NCBI RefSeq assembly: GCF_006345805.1
Contig: NC_043014.1
Location: 52,266,001 to 52,330,000, forward strand
Source: Octopus sinensis
Taxonomy: Eukaryota
DNA: 64,000 nucleotides
Direction of reading: 5' to 3'
Part shown: positions 53,030 to 64,000 of the stretch, piece after piece
Position numbering within the stretch: position 1 is the stretch's first letter
Layout: each line of letters opens with the position of its first letter
The notes under the pieces: model-generated
Seen by the model: only the letters and a program-made list of their open reading frames with translations
What the model was told of the DNA's origin: nothing
Database searches by the model: none
Made by a program: the position numbers and the translations under genes

Positions 53030-53467
53030 TCTGCAGTCTTAGTTGACGATCTTACGAGAGAAGTTGTCTCGATGAAAATACCGGTTGGTGGCTAACTCTA
53101 AAGCACATGCCTGAATGTTGAGCGAAAATGTCTAATACAAATGTATGAAATAATGGTGTTAATGAGGATGGAAACAAAGTTGAAAGGCTTTCACCCGGCA
53201 GGTTCCCTGTTGTTGAGCAGCGTAGGCCTGGTCGTCCTCCAGAGACTGCTTGCAAACAAAGCCAGAGGCAGAATTGAAGGTGGGATAAGGAGGCAAACAA
53301 AACGGTCCCAAGAGAACTGTTAGAAAAGGTTTACCTCCTCGGCACGACCAGAATAATCAGGAAAATATCAGATAGCTAAAAAGAACGTATAGCATGGTAT
53401 CGTTGGCTGCAGGTAGCAAACCTGATACGCATGCAACGCTTGTGATTAAGAGACAATAACAATAATC
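53030..53467 (+). mobile_element. Internally deleted R4/Dong-type element
   Basis: In-frame WDKEANKTV-PRELLEKVYLLGTTRIIRKISDS* (53281-53379), then 3' UTR and aataacaataat. Confidence 0.7.
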
Positions 53468-53535
53468 ATTTCAATTATAGACACAACGCTTGAAATTTTG
53501 TGAGAGGGAATAACGGCTTATATGGGTAAACCGCT

Positions 53536-53669
53536 TACTTATTTCCTCGGCCTCGAAAGGGTGACTGGCAATCAATCTCGATGGGATTTGAACTCAGAAC
53601 AAAATAAATGAAGAAATCCTGCTAAGTAATTCGTCTGTTATGCTAACGATTTTCCAGATCGCTGCCTTA
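53536..53669 (-). mobile_element. SINE family C, degenerate copy
   Basis: gggatttgaactcagaac...tgctaacgattttccagatcgctgcctt. Confidence 0.6.
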
Positions 53670-54209
53670 ATAATAGTAGTAATAATAATAATAATAATAA
53701 TAATAATTTCAAAGAAAAATCTATCTATCTATCTATATATATATATATATATATGTATGCATGTATATGTATATATATACACATATATTTCCCGTTGGTA
53801 CTTTCGAGACATCAACCTAAGAAATACTCTCCAGCACACATCATAATTTGATTTACTGATCTGGTATTTGCGATATATTTGGAATGATTTCAGATGATAA
53901 CCGTAAGACATCGTATTTATTAACTTAGAAGATTCAGCAACGTTAGCTAGATATCCGAATCAAATATTTTATGTGAATATATGCCATCAGGCAGATGAAA
54001 GGCTGATGCTAGACTAGGTTCGATATAATGCCATATAGAATAATCATGTAAATATTCAAGTCCCAATGCACTGCATAACATCAGAATTTACAAAATTACA
54101 TTAAAGTTTTTTTTTATTGTTTTCTTGTTTTTGCATTAGTGCATGTTTATGTGGGTTTCTGCTGCAATCGTTGTAGGTCAGTGCGTATAAAGTAAAGAGA
54201 AATAGAATA

Positions 54210-54382
54210 TATATTTCTTTGCTATCCACAAGGGGCTAAATATAGAGGGGACAAACAAGAATAGACAAAGGGTTTAAGTAGATAACATCGATCCCCAGTA
54301 CGTAACTGGTACTTTATTTATCGACCCCGAAATAATGAAAGGCATAGTCGACCTCGGCGGAATTTGAACTCAGAAGGTAACG
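54210..54382 (-). mobile_element. SINE family C, core + tail
   Basis: Good match to the 23075 copy. Head missing. Confidence 0.85.
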
Positions 54383-54398
54383 TTAGAATATAAAATAT

Positions 54399-54497
54399 AG
54401 GCGCAGGCGTAGCTGTGTTCCCAACCACATGTTTCCGGGTCCTTCTACTATAGCCTCGGGTTGACCATAGCTTTGTGAGTGGATATTGTAGACATGG

Positions 54498-54536
<39 letters not shown>

Positions 54537-54728
54537 CTCTGTGTGTGTATGTATGTATTTATATTGGTGTGTTTACGTCTCCATGACTTAGCGGTTCAGC
54601 AAAGGGGTCCGATAAATTAAATACTAGGCTTACAGATAATAAGTCATGTGGTCGATTTGTTCGACTAAAGGCGTGCTCCAGCATGGCAGCAGCCAAATGA
54701 CTGAAACAAATAAAATAGTATAAGAGTA
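54399..54728 (+). mobile_element. SINE family A, degenerate and internally deleted
   Basis: Head and tail motifs recognisable. Confidence 0.75.
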
Positions 54729-55526
54729 TGGAAAGTGAAGACATATAGATGGCCCGCACCTCACCTATACTGCTAGGAGAAATCTTCGAACAATACATGC
54801 AACATTAGTTTGGTATAAATGTTAGAATGTTTTGAAAAATGCCTTGCAGTCCACCATCAGACCCTATCAGTTGAGAGATCAAAGATAGACCATTGTCACT
54901 GCCCTCTTTAGGGGGTAAAACGGGCTCGGAGAGGGTCATACAAACCCTTGTAAGGCGGAAGTGGTACGTCTAAAAGAAGAAAATTACGATTGCCTCATTT
55001 CATACAAATGTAAGGACAGAAAAACCGTTAAGCTTGTGTTAAAACACTTAGACAATTACCACACATTTCTGTAATTAATACGTGGGTGTTGCACATTTTA
55101 GGTCTAAGATACTAATATAGAGAGATAACTGCGTGAAAACTACTCTCTTATTTCGACCAAAGACAGATTATAAGATTGTTTTAGTGATGAAGACCAGATT
55201 TTTATTGCCTTTTGAAAAGACTTAAACGAAATTATTTAAATGCATATCAAGATTGATCTAACCAATGCCAACGTGATGAATTAAATTCCTTTCAAGACTG
55301 ACGTAACCAATGCCAACCAAATATATGAATATCTTAATTTGGTTAGAGCCTCAGTCTGTGAATGTAAAAGACTCAGCTGATTAATGAGGCCCCAGTTCAA
55401 TAATGTGACCGTTTTATGGCTCCGGAAGCGATGAGTCATGAATTCCGCCGGAGTTTTACAAAGATAACTGCAATGCGAGTATGCTGTCAACCAACAAATT
55501 CCTGGAACTCTTTAGACAAGTGTCTT

Positions 55527-55607
55527 CAGCTAGTAGGCCATGCTACTCCAGACTGATGACGAGCAAAACTCAGAAACATGTCATGTTTCTAGATGCAGGC
55601 CTAGCTG
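55527..55607 (+). ncRNA. Hammerhead-like motif with extended helix I (non-canonical helix II closure)
   Basis: CTGATGA 55553-59; c-GAG(caaaa)CTC-a; GAA-ACAT(gtc)ATGT-T; tccaga/tctaga; outer cagctag/ctagctg. Confidence 0.4.
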
Positions 55608-56504
55608 TTGGGGGTGCTTGTCTCCCCTTTGTAAACATAAGGGCACAGGAAATGTGTCAAGGCCGACAGGAAGCGTTGATGCTTCCCAGGGCTAAATAGC
55701 GGTGGTATAATTCCCTCTATGGGACTGTCACGGTACGTTGACAGTATACAACCGCTCTTTTTATATATTTATTGATTATTGTAACTGATTCCTGATACAC
55801 AAAAGGGACCGGATAACATTATCTGGAACAACTCTTATAATAAAATCCTCTGGATTAGAAGGTCCCCACGGCTAAACAAATGACAACGACTATAAAACAG
55901 TACGATGAGGCTTTATGTTTCGAATCGCCCGACAAGGCACAACAGAAAAGTCTCCTGTAAATCGTAAATATATTGATAAATAAGTGTCATATCGATTAAC
56001 GTATACTCAGATATCCTAAATTAGGAAATGAAATATGGGATGGTCATGGCTGGAAAGACTTATTCATAGGTTTGCTCAATCAGAACCTATTTAGGCTTAA
56101 ACAAAATTAATACACGCTTTGCTTTCCTTGCATCAGAGATCTTCAAACACAGTGCAATTTCATGGATATGAACTCGGAAATTGGGCGAAAGAGGGCGGTA
56201 TTTGTTATATTACCGTGCCAAATTACCGAGTGGAATTAATGCAATTATTCTTTGTGTCTTTATAGTTAAATTAACATAGATTTGCAGTTAATTTACGTGG
56301 CTTTGGCAAGAAACATAGGAATTAATATAAATGGAGATCAACATTAAGTTATATTCGAAATATGTCTGCGAAATTTATATTCAGAAATTGGTGATTATTT
56401 CTTGCAAGAATCATATTTCATTCGCAAATACTATGAGACAGGAAATAGATTTTAGTTTTAACTATTTTTAACACATTCATATATAGGTGCGTGTGTGTGT
56501 ATGA

Positions 56505-56607
56505 TTTGTTTCAGTCATTTGACTGTGGCCATGCCGGAGCAAAACCTTTGGTCGAACAAATCGACCGGAGGACTTATTCTTTGTAAGACTAGTACTTAAT
56601 CTATCGG
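56505..56607 (-). mobile_element. SINE family A tail fragment
   Basis: tttcagtcatttgactgtggccatgc...gacttattctttgtaag. Confidence 0.8.
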
Positions 56608-56729
56608 AAGGAACAAGAGTTACCTAATGCGGTATTAATTCATATGTCCATATATGTTTACAAATTTCTCACATCGGTCGTTTATTTTACGTTCGGTAAA
56701 CTTGGTGCCTATACTTTTATTAACCTGTA

Positions 56730-56795
56730 TATACATATATATATACATATATATATACATATATATAAATATACATACACACACCACACACACAC

Positions 56796-56844
<49 letters not shown>

Positions 56845-57030
56845 ACATACATACACATACACGCACGCACACACACAGGCATACATACATACAGACAGAC
56901 AGACAGACAGACAGACAGGCAGACATGCAGACAGACAGGCATACATAAATACAGACAGACATACATACAGACATACATAAATACAGACAGACATACAGAC
57001 AGACATAGACAGACAGACAGACAGGGGCAG
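56730..57030. repeat. (TA)n, (CA)n, (CATA)n and (GACA)n compound microsatellite
   Basis: Visible runs. Confidence 0.9.
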
Positions 57031-57080
57031 ACAGTCAGATATCAGAAGAAAAGATATTTGCAGCTTTTCTGTAGTTATCA

Positions 57081-58695
57081 CTAGAAAATGATAATTCTCT
57101 GGTTTAATATGTTTTGATTTTCTTTATTTTTGAAAGCCATTTCTTTCTCTCTGGCCTTTGGAGATACATAATTGCTAGTAGTTCCTATGGGATCAGGTTT
57201 CAAAGAATTTATTTTGGTGACCAGTGAAATATCATCTTTCCCTCGAGAAGAACGTTGTAGTTCGTAGAGATACGTCAGAAGCACAGATTGCAACAGTTTT
57301 GTTTCAACTAATGACAGCCAACTTCTATTTGATGAGGGGGGCAAAAAATAAAACAACAGCAACAACAAAAGAGTGAAATAATCGTCAGCTGCATCTCAAG
57401 AAATGCAATTAAGGAAGAAACGTAATCTCTTGCATGATTAGAATTACCATGAGCGAATCTCTGTAAATTCCATTGAAATTGTATCAGTCAATCTCACTAT
57501 TGTGCAAGAGATTAATCAGTACCAGTCCCACATCTTTCTAAAAATACAAGAATGTAGCAATCGGCTTAAATCAGTTGAAACATTATGCGACGTTCGCGAA
57601 GCAGTCAACTAAGTTTCATGTGTGTGACTTAACCATCTGTTGTCGAAAATCCATTGTGTCGGTACAAAATCTGGATGCTCCAAAACGATTTGTAAATTCG
57701 GTAGAAAAATTTCCGTGAAAACATATTTATATTGGCCAAAACCATCATTTGACTAGTTCAGGAAGAGATACGCTCTTTTTTTTTGTTCAACATATTTCCA
57801 TGTGCATTCCTCAGATGTATCATTTCTGTTCAAAAGCATTTAGTTTCCGATGATATTAGTTTTCTATGACCGTTCACAAGCGTCAATGTTTCTCAAGACT
57901 TTTGGAAGAATAATCACAGGTCCGTGTTCTTTTCGTATTTAGCTCCATTTAGCATCCCAGAATTTTCGTCATATCACTAATCCTTACATTAAAACGCTTC
58001 CTTCTCTGGAGATTTTCAACGAAGAAAATTAATTTAAATTAGTTATTCCTATTTCATGTATTCCTTTCTAATTTAGAATATAGCAAAAAAAAAAAAAAGA
58101 AACAATATTTTATTAAATATTTAAAAAATACGTTATCATTAAGCACATATCTCAAATGTTCGCGCGTGATAGAATTGTGGAAAAATTGCAACCTTATCAA
58201 CGTATGAGCCTTACAATAAGAAAAAACGTAGTCAAATACGATTAAAGATTTCAGGAAAAATAAAACCAGTTCTATTAATACTTGTCAGTTGATTTGCGTT
58301 TAACAAATCGAAAAGTAACTGCTTCTACTCTTCTTTGTTTATCAAGATAATTAGAATCCATATAGTAGCTTGTCTATATGTATACATATGCATATTTGAG
58401 AAAGATGGTGAACAAAAAAAAAGGAATGTTGTTTTGTTTTATGTACTAATAATATACTGTTGTTCGTGTAGAATGACTGAGGTTTGTAAATTCCTGAAAG
58501 CGCGGATCCAATATTGTTCTCTAACACACTGATCGACTTACCCTTTTCTAAAGCCTCGACACGACATCCACTTTATGAGGGGAAACTGGGAAGATAGAGA
58601 CTGTGCGGACTCCTGTCGGTAATTTAAAGATCTACCCTTGTTACAAATCATAAAACCGATTTTCTCCTGAATATTACCTTCACGACCACCATGTT
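57081..58695 (-). other. Candidate two-exon spliced unit of unknown product (exons 58695-58542 and 57324-57081)
   Basis: Donor AGG|GTAAGT, pyrimidine-rich acceptor ending aatag, matching phase, 81 open codons in exon 2. No homology recognised. Confidence 0.2.
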
Positions 58696-61600
58696 CTGTA
58701 GAATAGTCAGGTGCGTACACGCTGTTCAATCGATCTTGCTAATTCAATTGATTGAATATCAGAACAATTACCTCTTTGCATTATTAATTTCGTTTTTAAA
58801 CGCAATAGGAAATAATATATTTCTTAAAACACTTTTAATCTGAATTAATTTTAATTTTGTTATCGTTTTAAGAAATTTTTGTTAAGTGAAAATAATTTTT
58901 ATTTTCAATTTCGTACTTATTTTCAATTAATCATTCTTCCTTCAGTTTATTCTGTAAATAATTAAAAATAATTATCTTTAAGTTAAACGAAACTATATCC
59001 GTTTTATTTTACACGAGCACGTGCCATTCATAATTATTGTATTGTGCACCAGTTATTGTGACAACCTTAATTAAAGATTCACTGCTTCTCATTTTAGTTT
59101 CTGATTAATGATTTCAATTTAATTTCATATGGGCGGCAGTTATTGTGACAATGCTAATTTACAATTCATCAATTCCCATTTTAGTTATTCGAATTTTTTT
59201 TTAGCTAAAAAAGCACGCAAGAGTATCAACTTATTAAGATTAACTTTTGATCATGTAAATGGATGCAAGTTTTCACCCTACAGGGAAAAAGAAGATTTTT
59301 TCTTTTCTTTCAGTTTGAAAAAAATTAATGCGTGTCGACATCGTAGAAGTCAGTTCGATCAGAAATGTCGCCCAGCACAAAGAAACCCTCGTTCCTATCG
59401 GGCGTGTCCATACGCTCTCAAGCAAAGCAGTGAACGACTTTGAGATGTCGAAAAGGCTAAAAAAGCATGACTCAAAACAACAACAACAAAAGTGAATTCA
59501 GTGAACGCCTCCATCTGTTTTATATCACTGAGGTTGGCGAGTCCTGTATTACCTACCGAAAGGGTTCAGTTTTTCATCGACAATTGCGACAGAAATTACT
59601 TCCAGATTCACTTTCACATTGAGATAAAACTCATCAGCACAAAATCAATTTTTCTGCTTCCGATTGTAATATTCCCGTTGAGCCACGGACTTAAGCGTGA
59701 TAGAAACAAGACAGTATCTATATTAACTTGTGGTTATATACGAACCTAGATCCAATGGCGCATATCTGGTATACTGTAACATGTCGTACTCGAAGAATTC
59801 AAAAAAGCCATCTATAAATGAAATATTGGCAACGTTTGTCGTAGAAATTTTGAAATTAGGCCTCAATGGAAATGATCGCCAAGAAGGAACACAAGGTAGA
59901 CAATTTACACCTAAACAAAAACTAATACATGTCATAATGTCAATGGCTTCTGATGGCTGTGGAAAATACCAGCTAAAGCGACGAAGCCAGTGACTACGTC
60001 ATTCGTTGATGCTTTCACTTCGAGGCAAATAAAACAGCACAGTGAGGCTCGCCATCTAATTAGTGATATCCAAAGCAATTCTCCTCATAGGTGGACGTTT
60101 GTCTTAGAAGTGATTTCTTTTTTTAAGTTTTGGATTTGTTTTACAAGAATTCTGATTAGGAAATATTTCTGTGAAACCATATTCTTTTCATAACGGAGAT
60201 GGTGTTTAATTCATAAAGCCTATACACGCTCATACACGTATAAAGCAGTTGTTGCTTATCTATATTTCTCTTCCTTCCTTTCTAAAAATAGTTGAAGGTT
60301 GTTAGTTTTCCCCAAAGATATTTTCACATCACCGGTCCGGAGTTTTCTCAATGTGTGCACGATACTCATTTTTTTAAAGTATTTGGTCAGAAGATTGGAA
60401 CTGATTTTAATTTGCTGTTGTGACATTTACATAACAGCAGATATACAGGACGTTCATGCTTTGTATATCCACTAAAGCATGTGAATAAGCTAGTCTTTAG
60501 TTCTGTTTAGATAGAATTTACCATTATATTTGTATTGACTAGATGATGGGTTTTCAGTAGTAGTGGGTTTACAATAATGGTTAGTTTACAATAGAGAAGG
60601 GGTTTTAATGTATCAGATTTATTATTTTTCTGTTTACTCCCTTCCTCTTCCACTAAACCATATATTCTGCTTATAATATAAAATCTAATGCGTATTTTTG
60701 CTGCGCCTTATTTTCATTAACAAAACAAATTCTGTTTTCTTATTTGTCTTGCGTGAAATACTACCTGTGAACAGATTATATGGTTCATTCACATCTGAAA
60801 ATTTGACAATATATAGCATTTATTATTAAACTAGATATTGGAAATATTAAGACACTCCTTTTGTTATAGAAAATATTTTAACATCAGAAGTAGAACGTAT
60901 ATTGAACAGAATAAAGTCCTATATGTGAATTTAAAGCCTGTTCTATCATTTAATTTGACCTATGGGTTATTAACTTTCTTTTAACTGATATATTATGTTA
61001 CTTGATGTTCCTTAAACTACGAAAAACCTGTAATTAATTTTTGTAATATTATTAATTAAAAATGATTACCAAACGAAGCCTGTTTCGCCGACGTAGTCAT
61101 GCAAACATAACGAACAAAAGCATTGGCTTCGAAAATCGTCAAAGATAATATCATGTCATTTGATTAGAATTTCGCGAAATTTATTCTCTCCTATAAAAAT
61201 GTATGCAAATATACTTTGCAACAAAAGTATATTTCGCTTCGATTTATTCAGCTTTTATGTAAAGTACAGTTTAAAATCATTTGATAGACAGATTGTCAAT
61301 CTGTATACATATTCTGAATAATTATATCTCCTAAATAACTATAATTTTCGCTTTGATATGCTTTCATATTTTACTATATTATACTTTTATATTTATTTCG
61401 AAATTGTTTAAAATAAAGCGAAAAAAAAAACATGGTGATCTGTTATCTACCATATATCACGAATGGAAAAAATTCAAATTATAGACACGCTGTTTTGTAC
61501 AATAAGCATTTAAATGCTGTCGAGATTCAATGTAATATATTTATGAATAGAAATTATGTTATTATTCAAATAGTTTCATATTTTCTTGTCTTTCTTTCAC

Positions 61601-61870
61601 ACCGGTGGCGAAGGTTGTGGAAGTGGTTTTCACACATCACACGAAACTTCTATCACAATCGCGTGCGCGTATATAGACACGATCTCTCGTGCACATTCAC
61701 ACTCCACCTTATCTCACGTTTATGAGTACACACACATATACACACACACACACGAAGAGAGAGTGAGAGAGAGAGAGAAAGTGATATATAGTGCAAAGGG
61801 GAAAAAACGGAGGGAGAGATATAGAGTAAGATTAAAAGGGAGATGAAGAGAGAGTTATAGAGGGACAGAA

Positions 61871-61924
<54 letters not shown>

Positions 61925-62642
61925 TTGTGTGTGTTTGTGCGAACGAATACAGTTCCTTCTAACCAATATCACTACGGATATATCCATCACTAACATTATA
62001 TTAAATAATTTTTCATTAGATGTTAGATTTCAATCAATTTCCTGTCTAATGACACATTTCGGTTTCATAAATAAATGATATATTTCCTAGTTCAATGCTC
62101 CATTATTGTTGTTATTCTTGTTGTAGTTTATGATAACCGCTGCTACTGGTGAAGCTGGCAAAGGTATTGTTGTGTTGTTGTTGTTGCTGTTGTTGCTGTT
62201 GTTGTTTTTCGGTTAATACCGTTTTTATTATTGTTTGTCTTATATAGCTATTACATTCAATACATTGTTATTATTTTCCTCGCCTTTTTTTTGCCTTGAA
62301 AGACATATCATCGTACATGATGAATGAATCATAATTTTCATGCGGCAAATACAGAGTCAATAAATCTCTCGCACATTATTTTTTTCAATCCTTCAAGATT
62401 AGCTCGTTTAACTATTAGCTTATTATAATAGTTATCGTATGTCATCAAGCCATTTCAAATATGTCTCTCGTCATAATTGCTGTATATCGAACGGACCCTG
62501 TTATGCCATTTATTAAACAGACATCTATACATTTGCTCTCCGCTCATTTATCGGTTACTGCAGATAATCAATCACCGAAAATGTCTAATCACAAAAACTT
62601 CTCTTATCTTTTCTTCACAACAAACTCTTATAGACATATAGA

Positions 62643-62685
<43 letters not shown>

Positions 62686-62687
62686 AT

Positions 62688-62805
62688 GCGCCGGCGTGGC
62701 TGTGTGGTGGTAAGAAGCTTGTTTTGCAAATCACATGTTTCCGGGTTTCAGTCCCACTGCTTGGTACCTTGCTCTAGTTTCTTCTGTCATAGCCGCGGGC
62801 TGACT
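62688..62805 (+). mobile_element. SINE family A head, degenerate
   Basis: gcgtggctgtgtggtggtaagaagcttg...gggtttcagtcccactgc. Confidence 0.75.
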
Positions 62806-62865
62806 ATTCCTTACGAAGTTATCGACCCTGAAAGGATGAAAGACAAACTCGACCTCGACGGAAGA

Positions 62866-63681
62866 TGTTGTAATGGTTGACACAGTATAAGCAGCAACCG
62901 AAGCTGATCCGCGCTCAAGCTGCAACTGAAGACGATCCGTGTTGTGTTCAAGCATCGATTGAAGATAATCCACGTTCAAGCATCGATGGAAGATGATCCG
63001 CGTTCAAGCAGCAACCGAAGCTGATTCGCGCTCAAGCAGCAAGCGGAGCTGATTCGCGCTCAAGCAGCAAGCGGAGCTGATTCGCGCTCAAGCAGCAAGC
63101 GGAGCTGATTCGCGCTCAAGCAGCAAGCGGAGCCGATTCGCGCTCAAGCAGCAAGCGGAGCCGATTCGCGCTCAAGCAGCAAGCGGAGCCGATTCGCGCT
63201 CAAGCAGCAAGCGGAGCTGATTCGCGCTCAAGCAGCAAGCGGAGCCGATTCGCGCTCAAGCAGCAAGCGGAGCCGATTCGCGCTCAAGCAGCAAGCGGAG
63301 CCGATTCGCGCTCAAGCAGCAAGCGGAGCCGATTCGCGCTCAAGCAGCAAGCGGAGCCGATTCGCGCTCAAGCAGCAAGCCGAGCTGATTCGCGCTCGAG
63401 CAGCAAGCGAAGCTGATCCGCGCTCAAGCAGCAACTGAAGACGATCCGCGTCCAAGCAGCGATTGAAGATGATCTGCGTCCAAATCGCGATTACATATGA
63501 TCCGCGTTCAAGCAGCAGGGATTTATACGGAGGCTTAATGATATTGATTCACTGTGCATTGATATCTCAAGCAGCAGATTGAAAGTGAATGGAAAATGTA
63601 TGTATGTAGTTCAAGAACTGTCCACCGAGAATAAAGTGCATTCAATAATTCACCAACCAGGCAAATAGACTGCCTATAACA
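62866..63681 (+). mobile_element. Probable solo LTR (816 bp)
   Basis: Begins TGTTGTA and ends TATAACA (imperfect terminal inverted repeat, TG...CA). AATAAA ~50 bp before the end. Interrupts a SINE C fragment. No clear TSD. Confidence 0.55.
62889..63518. repeat. 28-bp GC-rich minisatellite, 22 units plus a partial unit
   Basis: Unit aagcagcaagcggagcYgattcgcgctc. 12 near-identical central units (63034-63369) with diverged units at both edges. Confidence 0.97.
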
Positions 63682-64000
63682 GACGTAAAGTAGGAAACAA
63701 AGAAATAGGTATTACCGAATTAAAATCCAATGTTAAGTCAGAAAAATGTACATCTACACCGAACAAAGATCCTGCTGTAAAATTGGAATAATTCAACAGA
63801 TCCAATTCACATTGATTTTTTCCAGAATATGGAAAAAGCTAGCATGAAAGACCTTTGTCCAAAACTAGAAAGTGTCAAAAGACAACCAACTGGAGTCACC
63901 AGAGCGAAAGTCATCTCGCAATATGCTAATGCACACACACACACACACACTATATATATATATATATATACGGGTGTGTGTGATTGTGTATAGAAGAATA

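Noticed and set aside
59590-59640. Other CTGANGA hits (minus 59630s; plus 24194, 25986, 35242) as hammerheads
   Set aside because: They lack a helix II directly followed by GAAA and a closable helix III.
62889-63518. 28-bp repeat array as a CRISPR array or coding repeat
   Set aside because: Units are contiguous with no unique spacers, the context is eukaryotic, and the unit length is not divisible by 3.

Overview
AT-rich, repeat-dense metazoan DNA. The SINE, LINE and microsatellite repertoire looks like an octopus or other coleoid cephalopod genome (inference from pattern recognition, no database search). I cannot support any protein-coding gene with confidence. Nearly all ORFs in the supplied track are microsatellite or SINE read-throughs, so the window is probably intergenic or a large intron. 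It contains four tRNA-headed SINE families (here called A-D), remnants of R4/Dong-type (restriction-like endonuclease), CR1/L2-type and probable RTE LINEs, and mariner-type MITEs. It also has a probable solo LTR with a 28-bp GC-rich minisatellite, a 213-bp loopless foldback, a ~700-bp C-free purine tract and two local duplications. The most interesting signal is a set of short non-coding Penelope-like elements anchored in (TA)n runs that carry minimal hammerhead-ribozyme motifs: one with an intact core (47343-47383), one a single substitution away (31718-31752), one variant with a long helix I (55527-55607), and several decayed copies. A second signal is a stack of (TAA)n-anchored retroelements at 52.5-53.5 kb, including an apparently internally deleted R4/Dong derivative. 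Coordinates were counted by hand and may be off by a few bases.
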